DNA of 61,243 nt, counting the filler, from Sphacelaria rigidula (lineage: Eukaryota): NCBI GenBank assembly GCA_964200075.2. It is 10 parts of 10 records of this genome, joined end to end, with 100 filler letters (N's around TTAATTAATTAA, not from the genome) between each part and the next. Parts side by side here need not be neighbours in the genome. Positions count along the whole stretch, not along the records: positions 49,078 to 55,110 come from CAXNAA020022666.1; positions 55,211 to 61,243 come from CAXNAA020022667.1; 8 more parts are not named here. The stretch is one strand, 5' to 3'. The notes beneath the pieces were generated by a model. The model was not told the DNA's origin. It saw nothing but the letters and a program-made list of their open reading frames with translations, and did not search any database. Of the stretch, positions 51,958 through 61,243 are shown in pieces. A program made the translations under genes and the position numbers. How positions within the stretch are numbered: position 1 is the first letter of the stretch; each line of letters begins with the position of its first letter.

Positions 51958-54900
51958 ATGACCGGCACGCCACCTTCAACACATCGCCGCACGTATGCGA
52001 GCGCTGTTCGTTCTTCGGGATCTGAAGACCAACGTTCGAGCGAAGCTCATTCTTCAACACTTGAAGACCAGACTTTGACGCCGAGACCTATTCTCTCACG
52101 TTCCGACTTGGACTCAGAGAACATGGTAGTGCACCCGGCCGAGTCATTGGTTCCTGACGCGCATGTCAGTGAGCCCATACCGGTGGATTCCGTCGCACAC
52201 CCCTCGCTGGCCCCTGCTCCCCCGAATCCCAATGTGGAATCCGGAGTTAGGATTGTGCCCTCAGTCGAGTCGTTGCCCCTGGACACACGTGTCCAGCTCG
52301 GCCCTGCCACGGTTGCTTCAACCATGGCACCCCGTCGCTTGACGGCTGACAACTCTCGAGATGATTCTGTCCCGACGAAGTGCATCGCTTCTGGAGCAGG
52401 AGACTTTGTCACACGGGCTGCTTCCGTTACGGACCCCCTTCGCACGACTCTTGATAGTCCCATGCGCCCTACTGCGCAGTCCAATGTCGGACCTGCAGCT
52501 GCGGCCAAGCATGCTGCCATGCAACTCTGCATCGCACCTCCTCGGCGTCATCGCCATCGCCAGCGCCAGCTCTCATCGAGGCATTTACAGCTTTTTGCCA
52601 CGCCACGCTCCAAGACCAGTCGGCGTCTGCTCATGTGCAATTCAATGATGATTCTGCACCTGCCACGCCCAAACCCGTACGTCTGGCGACCCGTTCGGCG
52701 ACATCGCGTCCTCCGTTCGTCACTCATGATAAATTCAACGAACATGAGTCCGGCCCTTCCTCAACGTCGCAGCAGAGCCGTACTCGTGCTTCTGACCGGC
52801 GCCGCACACCGAGACTTGGTCATGACCATGTCTCCCGTTCTAGCAGTTCTAAAGGCCACTCCCAGCAAAGCTTGAATTCATCGCGCGCTTCCACACGCCC
52901 GAAGAATATCGCTCATGGACACAGATATGAAGGTAGTTCACGCCATACTTCCAATTCATCTCGCGCTCCAAAGCGCCCGGTGAATGCTAACCATGGCCGT
53001 ACTCACGAGGATGCCTTGCGGCCCAGATCAAGTTCTTCGCGCGTTAACTCGCGTTCGAACAACTCCGATCATGCACCTTCGCGCATCTCTACTGCTCAAC
53101 CTTTGTCTCACAACCGTTATGTACGCAATGATAACACGGTACATGCTGACGATATCCAAAACATATTTTCGGACATGTCACCGACCCCGGAATCCTCACC
53201 TGCAGGATCCGACCGCACCTCATCGCACAAACGACGACAACGCACTGACCGCGAACCACCGTCCCGTTCCGACGCTGCGCTTATTCGTTCTCTGCAACAA
53301 CGTTTGACAGATCTTGAACGACAACTGGCAACAGCAACAATGGACACCAAGGGCACTTCCGCTGCTACCAAGCCTACGAGGGAGACCACCAACGCCGCTC
53401 CCACTACCACCGCAGCCGCCACTACCGTGGTCACTGCGCCTTCTGCAGCAGCCACTGCAGCCACGGCCCCGACTCCTGTTGCCGCCCAGCTTTCAGTAGA
53501 AACTGATGCGGACAGTGGTCCCACCACTACCCCTGTCGGGGACGTCTCCGTGCGCTCGCCTCCTTCGGCGGAGGATCTGGCTCCGCTCGGCGTCGAGCAT
53601 TGCCCCGCCGGGCTGCTCTTGCGACTGTTCGAGGACCGCCCTCGCGCGGAACAAGAACAGCTCATCCGTGACTATGAGCGCCAAGCCCCGGCTCTCACTC
53701 GCGGTCTACTCGCCCAGCAGCGCAGTGCTGACGAGGCTACCGCCCGCCTTCTTTCGGAAGAACATGCTGCCAAGCTGAAGGATTTTCAGCGACAGGCTTC
53801 CCTAGCCCAAGCCACCAAGACGGCGGCACACAAAGCATTGCAGGAAGGGGAGACTTCAGCCTTGACGGCACAAAAAAGGGTCCGCGAGCTACAAGAGCAT
53901 GTTCGGCGCACTACGCAAAAAGCTGAATCGTCGATGGCGCGGGTGACTCACCATCAAGCCGCCCCGCCTTCCACCGACAACTTGCTCAGGCCCCACCTGC
54001 CGGCGTCCAACAGAGCGTCTTATGTCATCCCTCGCAAGTCCAACAGGACGTCGCCTGCTGCGGCCGCTGCCGCCACCGCCACGACGCCTCCGACATCGCC
54101 GCGTCACGGAGTTAGCTCGGTGCCGCACACAGTTTCTTCGCCAAACTTGCGACGGGTGACTCACGAACGAGAATGGCTTTCTCGTCCTGTGTCGACCTAT
54201 ACCGGTCCCTTCGACCGGCGAAACCACCTGCACTGCTCCCCAACCGCCTGGGCCTTGATATCCCAACGTATTTTTCACACGGTTGGGGTGTATGTCGACC
54301 AGAACGGCGTCCTCCCCAAGGCAGGCGTCTCGGTACTCACCTTGGGCCAACTAGTTTTGCAGACTACCGTTGGCGATCACCAGCATCACCACACTTACGT
54401 TCGAGCGATCGAGGAAATTTTTGCGGCGCTTCGCGCCGCCTACAACACTCATCCCGGCGCTACCCTCAACGGAGACGAAGATGAAGATGGGTGGACTCCC
54501 GCAACATCCAACTGCCGGGGACAGAAGAAAAATCATCGGTGCGACGATGATGATACCGATGGAGGGAATTCACGCCGCCGCCATGGCGGTGGAGGATCTT
54601 CTTCAAGCCGAAAGGCAAGCACACTGGAGGCAACTCTTCCGGCTCATCCGCATCGGCCTGGAACCGGTCCGGTGCAGCTCTTCCCGCCTCGGGCTCGGAG
54701 ACCCCCAGGCAAGTGGTCCCTGAGTTGGCTGATGTTTCGGTCCGCATTTTTGGTTTGTCCGATACGGATACACCTGACCGTCCCTTGTCTTCTACTGCAG
54801 CCCGCGCTTTAGCAACCACCGCAGCTGACAAAGAACGTTCGGAAGCTAGCAAAAAAGTAGCTTCCGATAGAGCTGAGTCTGCCCGACTAGCTGCAATACA

Positions 54901-55024
54901 GAGACAGTATATTCAGATCGATGTGAAAAAACTCTGGCACATCAAAACCATGCCTGCCGCGGATAACGAAGATTCGGGCCAGTTTACTTCTGCCCTCATC
55001 ACGTCCATCCGCCGCACTGTTTGA
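51958..55024 (+). pseudogene. ~3-kb intronless ORF broken by at least two frameshifts; probably a gag-like ORF of a retroelement
   Basis: ORFs 51958-52875, 52635-54812 and 54713-55024 chain by frame switches near 52500 and 54620; S/R/T/A-rich disordered regions and coiled coils (LIRSLQQRLTDLERQL). No diagnostic gag motif seen; the identity is inferred. Confidence 0.45.
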
Positions 55025-58000
55025 CTGCTGCCGAGATAGCCCCCCCCCAAAACCGGCCAAAAACGTGCACGGAGGCGATGATGATAACTGCCGTTAAAGC
55101 TGGTTTCGTGNNNNNNNNNNNNNNNNNNNNNNNNNNNNNNNNNNNNNNNNNNNNTTAATTAATTAANNNNNNNNNNNNNNNNNNNNNNNNNNNNNNNNNN
55201 NNNNNNNNNNACGCTTGAGTTTGTTCTGGCCAATATCGCCAATATGAGGCGCTTTATGCAGCCTGAACCAGAACATCAGGCGCTGTACGGTCATTTTTTT
55301 CGTGACACTTTTAGCTGGTTCTGGGGGGGGGGGCTATCGTGGAAAGTGTCGACAGCACACGCATATAATACCGGACGTCGCGTTGTTGACGTTTGCACAA
55401 TTGATTCGAGTCTACAGCAGTTGATTTCCGCCATTCTGGGACGACGCCGCCTCACCAATTTTCTTGCCATAGTGTGTGTGTTTTGTTTTCCGTCAACGGT
55501 TCCACCTCAAATTTGCCTTCGGATGCTAGACCACGAGTTTGTTGGCCTTCCAAAAATTGTTCTTCGGATGTAAGCCCACGAGTTTGTTGGCCTTACCATG
55601 ATGTTTGCCCACATTACTTCACCCAGGCCTGATTGATCTTCTCCTGTATTTACAGATGACTGCCGTCGGGAGTACTGGGTTTAAGCGACAAACATTGCCC
55701 TCGGATTGAAGCCCACAAGTTTTGCGTGACTACCCCACGATGTTTGAGAACATCACTTCCGGCCCGACTGAGATTTTTTTCCCTGTAGCATCAAATGGTT
55801 CCCGCCCCTTGTCAACGAGAGCGGAATGGCCCCGTAACCGCGCACGTACCTCTAGCGCACTATGTCCCTCATCAGTGAAAAGTATAATCTTTTGCCGTAC
55901 TATTGAAACAATACTTGAGCTCAAACATTTTTCCTCATAGGAGAGATGCCTTCGGACACAGCTTACGTGCCCCTTCCATATACCGCTGCCCTTGCTGCTT
56001 TCCAGCACCCCCCTCGCTCAATCTGGTCAGATATCAGACCGTAGCCCCCCCCGCAGCACCGGTTGTGTCGTAGTCCTAAACATCAGTTGCTACGACATAC
56101 CGCCCGCATCCCTCGGCGATGCGGCGAGTGATCAGCTCACCTTGGCGGATGTCAGAATCTCCCAATCCGATCTGGTCAGATATCAGATCGTAGTCCCTCC
56201 CTTCCCTCCCTCCCACGGCTGTTTTCTCATTTTGCGGTGCCCTACATGTGTACATCGGCGTGCTTCTTGTTGGTTGCCGCTGGCACTCTGGAACACTTAT
56301 TTGCCGAATGTTGTTGTGGAGTCTTGTTTCTGTCCAGTAGCTTTTGTGCACATGATGGCCATACAATTGTACACGAACCGACTACTTCCCCTTTGCTGCG
56401 TTGGAGCCCCTCACTGGTTTTGGTACCGTGTCCCTTTGTGCTGAGTTCGCCTTCTTGGGGACTGCATTTCTAGTAGCCGTAGTCACATTTATTGTCGCTG
56501 CCGCATTTCTGTCCGTGTCCCTAGAACATTTAGTGTTTTTTTTTGTCTTCGAGGTTTCTTTACGCGATGAGAGGACTGTAGATTCAGCCAGTCTCCCACA
56601 TGTTTGGAATTTTGATGACTCATTCTCTGAATGTATCTGTTGTTGTCACTGCTCAAGCCCCTGCCGGCAGCAAATGGAGCTCGCCGCACGGGTCTCCCTT
56701 ACATCGTCTTGTTGCTCGGGTCCTTGGTTACACCGTGTACTGCTGATTATGCCGCCCTTGTTGCAGGTCGTATCTATACCCGACGACTGTTTCAGGTCGA
56801 GGTGAGTTACTGCATTTCAATATTTCATCTGGATGCATCCGTTTGTTTGTTCTACCCATATCCCGTGGCGCAGCCTGGTCAGCTGGTGACCCGGATGTGT
56901 TCTCTTGTATCGCTCCGTCGCTCGTGGTCCAGTGTTACCACGGGAATTACCAATTATACCGCCATTGTTTTAGGCCGTATTTCTGCCGGACGATTGCTTT
57001 GAGATGAGTATTGCGTTCTGACGACGTTTTCTTTTTTTTCAGTTGACCCTAAGTTTTTGCTCATAGCATGCGATAGATGATGCGCCGCGCTGAACGAAAA
57101 AATCTCACCATCGACCCTTGGATTCTTACCCTGAGTGCCGTCTTGGGTGGGCTCGTGCCCACTCCCGCAGATATTTTAAATTCCGCACTTCGGGCACACC
57201 AAACCTGAACTTGGGTTGCACCCCCCCTTTTATATCCCTGTTGCTGCGTAGTCCCCCCCCATCGCATTGTACTTCACGTTGCACGCCTTTTTCAAGGGAG
57301 GTTCGATACTTCAAACGCCCTGCCACGGAAACGAGTGGGGTGCCACTTTCGCTATACGCGACGGATGTGTCGAGACGGAGTCGGACAAAAACGTGGAGCT
57401 CACTTGGATCTGCGTCCAACCAGAGCAGTTGCCGCGATGCTATGCCGCAACTGCGTTTTCACTCCCTTGTTCCCGGAGTGTCTTGCATTCCCTCCTTGTT
57501 CAGTGCTTTACTTTGTGGATGGACTTGCGTGGATGTTGTCTTGTTCAACAGAGGTAGTGAGTGTCACGTAGATACAACGTTTTCTTCTTGCGGGCTGAGC
57601 GTTTGATGTGACGGGTCGTAGCGATGCTCGCCCAAAGAGGTGTGGGAGGTAATTTATTTAATTTGCTTTCGCTTCATGTTTTAGAACGAATGTAGTGTAG
57701 AAGTTTCTCGATGCACTTACATTGTGCCGAGATTATGTTAATTTACCTGCATAAGGGCTCGTCTAGAGTGGGCTAGTGTGATGAAGCTCAGTGGCCTTGC
57801 GAGATATTACGATGTGCGGGTCTGCTCGTAGACCCTGGGTTCCGTGACGCGTCGTTTCACGTTTGTTGTTCTTATTCTTGTGGCGAGAAATTGAGCTTGA
57901 CTGGACGTCAAGCCCCATCCTCTCACTCGCTGGCCTCGCCTCGCTGGCACCATCACTACGCTCTGCTCCTGTGGCTACGCACCGGCTGTACTAAGTTAGA

Positions 58001-58267
58001 GAGCTGCTTGTAGATATATATGATGCTATCAGCACGTGAGTTCCCAATCACCAGTTTAAATAGATGGATCTATACGTGTGTTGTGCACGAGATGAATAGC
58101 TAGGTCTGTGTGATGTTGCCCTCGTTGGGAGCTTGGTGAGTTGGCACCATGGTACCCCCTGGCACTCATACGGAGAGACCCCAGCCGATCCATTAGCTAT
58201 CCCATCAATATGACACTATGCACGATTGCACTGCAGGGCACGTCGCAGTAGCTGTGTACAGACAGTA

Positions 58268-58788
58268 CGAGCTGGGCCAGCCTAGAAACGGATTTAGGCT
58301 CTCAAAGCAATATCTCGTCGACATAGACGAGTTGGGCCATGATCCTCATATCGTATTAGTCGTCTGATCAAGGGGGAGGAGCCCACGTGCTCAAATGTAT
58401 CGACCAATATTTTCTCGTTGATTAAACCCCATGTATATTTATTCCAATACCCCACGGAGATACTGTCCACACTAAATTCTATATGTAACCCCCGATTGAT
58501 ACATTCCGCGGGTGACGACGACTTTTGGTGTGGACATTCCCTGGAGCACGGGGAGACAATATATACCCTCCTCCTCACCTAATTCGTCATCTATCTCGAG
58601 ATATGGCACATACAATTTCCAATAATAAAATCAATATAATACGAGCAGAGCCACTAGAATAACTATATCCGGATATCGCGTCTCAGTTTTTGAGAGTTAT
58701 GCTATGAAATTTCAGAGCCCCACTCTGAATATTGGCCGGTGAATGGGCCTGCAAAGTACAAAATTCGCTTCTCGACTGGCCCAGCTCG
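58268..58788. mobile_element. Tc1/mariner-type MITE with TA target-site duplication
   Basis: TA|CGAGCTGGGCCAGCCTAGAAACGGATTT ... AAATTCGCTTCTCGACTGGCCCAGCTCG|TA; related TIR fragment at 11922-11960. Confidence 0.85.
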
Positions 58789-59807
58789 TAATAGTCACAC
58801 ATGAGAAAAAGGGGTGCAGCACATCACACATTTTCATACTGGAATTAATGTGAAGCTTTCAGTTTTGAAGGCGCGGCGCAACTGGCTGTACAAGGCATGC
58901 ATGCACAAAAGTATGTCGTGTTACTTGCTCGTTAAAGCAATCTAACTAATTCGTTTTCACGTGGACTGAACATATCATGCGCTAGCCGGCACCCGTCCTA
59001 TTGGTCTGGTGCCCTGAGCGTGGTCGCCACCTATCGACGTTGCATTGTGCACGGGGTGCACCAATGAAGGGCAACACTATTCAGACCACCCCACGCGGGA
59101 AATCATCGCTTTTTAGGTAGAAACCTTCACCGACGATCCCGCCTTGGGCAAAGCTTGCCACCGATGCCACGCACTGGGCCGATACTCCCTTGTGTTGGGC
59201 CCGCCGATCGTTTGAACTGTGTCTACTTTACGGCTGATATCAGCCGAATGCTCGACAAATGATTCTTCTTTGCGGGCATTCCGGTATTGAATTGTTTTTA
59301 TTTTCGCGCAAGACTGCATATGTATCTCCTTTCGTACATTCGAAGCGGCCCTCACCAGGTGAGAGGATCAGCTTTATTTGCCGGCTTCCTTCGGCTGTCA
59401 TGCAACATTGATTCAGTTTTTTTTCCGAACCTCTTCCGATATGGTATAGAGTTAACACTATTGATGAAAATTTAAGTGCCACTCCTGTTTCGGAAAAGAA
59501 ATGCTGTTGCTGGAAACATGTTGAAGATACAAAAATGGGAAATTTCACAGGTTGGGAACTTCCCGCCCATCGCGAATTTTCCTAAAAGCTGGGCCGCCGA
59601 AGATGCGAACAGCGATATTGAACAGCGATTTTGCTACTCATTGTTGATTGCTTTCTATGACATTTCAAACGATATACATGAGGTAGGTGTAAAGACCCTA
59701 ACTTTCCCCTTGCTATGTGTTTTTTTTTCGTGAGTATTTTGCGATTTAGAGCCGAAAGCTGTTCTGAAGTACTTCGTCGCCGATAACTCACGCAAAAATA
59801 AAACGTA

Positions 59808-60620
59808 CACACGCGGCCACTTGGCTACCCTTCACACCCCTCCGGAGGACATCCACGGAATCGCTATGGAGGGATGCCATGGAAACGATCACCCTCCAGT
59901 TGGGTACGTTTTGCACCCCTTTGAAGGGGAAGGGAGTTGACGAAACTCTTGGGGCGAAAAGGAGCCAAGACTCTGTAGGGAGTTCGACCCCGTACATCCC
60001 TCCGGAGGGAGTCCGCGGAGTCCCTCTGGAGGAATGCCGTGGAAACGATCACCCTCCAGTTGGGTACGTTTTTCATCCCTCTAGAAAGCAGAGGGATTGA
60101 CAAGACTCTAGAGGCAAAAACAAAACCAAGACTCTATAGGGATCTCGACCTCGTGCATCCCTTTGGAGGGCATCCACGGAGTCCCTCTGGAGGGGTGCAG
60201 CGGAAAAGACCGACCGCCAGTTGGGTAAGTTTTGCATCCTTTGGAGGGAAGGTATCACCTCCTGTTCCCTCCAGAGGAACCGATCAAACATCCCTCTAGA
60301 GGGGGAAGGGGGTGGGCAAGACTCTGGAGGGGAGAAGGGAGGCAAGATGCTAGACGTTGTCCCCCGACACCCCTCTGGAAGGCGTTCACGGAGTCCCTCT
60401 GGAGGGATGCCATGGATAAGCTCACCCTCCATAGCTGGTGATGTTTCGGATCCCATGGAGGAAAGCCATCACCCCCTGCTCCCTCTTGAGGGACCGAACA
60501 AATCCTCCCCTAGAGGAGAAGGGGGTGGACAAGACTCGATAGGCGAAAGGGTAGGCAAGCCTCTACCGAGATGTCGATCCTCTACCGAGTTGTCGATCCC
60601 CTACATCCTGCTGGGGGGGA
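59808..60620 (+). mobile_element. Longer relative of the 25618-25950 element with ~160-bp internal tandem units
   Basis: Starts CACACGCGGCCACTTGGCTACC; GGAAACGATCACCCTCCAGTTGGGTACGTTTT at 59881 and 60041, degenerate units after; no right TIR seen. Confidence 0.75.
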
Positions 60621-60779
60621 TGGCGTAGGAACCTGTCTACAGGGACCGAGAGCGCCCCGACAGATGCCGATACCGTGGTATTGATGCTACTAACATTGGT
60701 AAATCACGGCCATGCGAAGTGCTATCAGTGAGTTGCGTGCCATGCGGTTGGCATACATGTTGCGCATTGTAGTTTTTAT

Positions 60780-61190
60780 CTCCTCGATGCTGAAATCCGG
60801 ATCGCGTTCAGCGTTGTATTCTGGTATTTAGCTACCAGACCTTCCCACACACGTTTACCATCTGGTTTCTCTAAACCATTCGGCTGGAAACGCAGAAGGT
60901 AACTTGCCGCTGAGCCACTTGTCGACAAATATAAAATATTTGGCAATTATTCGTTACGCCGGTCCCGGTTCTCCATGTCACGCGTGTTTAAGAGTTGCCA
61001 CACATGTGACGCCACGCTGGGATGACCAGCGACCAGTCGCGCAGGAGGTTCGACTTGATCAGTAGTTTCAGCCTCATCCACCCCTGCTGTCGCCTCGCTC
61101 CTCGCGGTTGCCCCAACCGATAGTGAACGCGAAGGAGCGGGCGGTTGCTGATGGCTTCTGGAACGGGTCGCAATAACAGCCGATCATCTA
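60780..61190 (-). mobile_element. Degenerate Ty1/copia gag relic
   Basis: With frameshifts the minus strand gives ...HVWQLLN... and LLRFQPNGLEKPDGKRVWEGLVAKYQNTTLNAIR, matching the copia gag DG..(A/V)W..L..KY motif. Confidence 0.55.
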
Positions 61191-61192
61191 TG

Positions 61193-61243
61193 TTGAGGAT
61201 GGAGCTTTTCATTGAGGATGAGAACCCGGAGGATTAAAATCTT
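61193..61243 (+). mobile_element. Left arm of the 28513-28913 foldback MITE family, cut by the window end
   Basis: TTGAGGATGGAGCTTTTCATTGAGGATGAGAACCCGGAGGATTAAAATCTT matches 28515-28564. Confidence 0.85.

Noticed and set aside
6036..55210. Regular ~6135-bp periodicity with identical TTAATTAATTAA cores
   Set aside because: Artificial linkers between length-sorted contigs. For the same reason DHX8, the ROCO gene and the hydrolase are not a gene cluster.
55515..55725. CRISPR-like repeats (CCACGAGTTTGTTGGCCTT; also the units at 59881 and 60041)
   Set aside because: Only 2-3 degenerate copies, irregular or mutually similar spacers, eukaryotic context and no cas genes.

Overview
This window is not one locus. 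It is ten unrelated contigs (5 x 6035, 3 x 6034, 2 x 6033 bp, sorted by length) joined by identical 100-bp N/TTAATTAATTAA linkers, so nothing can be inferred from adjacency across the gaps. The DNA is eukaryotic, with long introns and dense repeats; a brown alga or related stramenopile is likely, but that is inference. Supported genes are all partial: the last exon of a DHX8/PRP22-type splicing helicase; three phase-compatible 3' exons of a ROCO-family gene (COR domain, coiled coil, unannotated C-terminal domain); the first two coding exons of a probable membrane-anchored CocE/NonD or other alpha/beta hydrolase; and a low-complexity RGG-rich terminal exon. Much of the rest is mobile DNA: tRNA-derived SINEs, a LINE 3' end, copia-gag relics, a ~3-kb frameshifted gag-like ORF and many MITEs, two with demonstrable target-site duplications. 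I found no CRISPR array, rRNA, intact tRNA or demonstrable new multi-gene system. The best leads are the ROCO C-terminal domain, a MITE with a 4-bp TSD and an empty site in the window, and an unclassified poly-G-flanked ~100-bp repeat.
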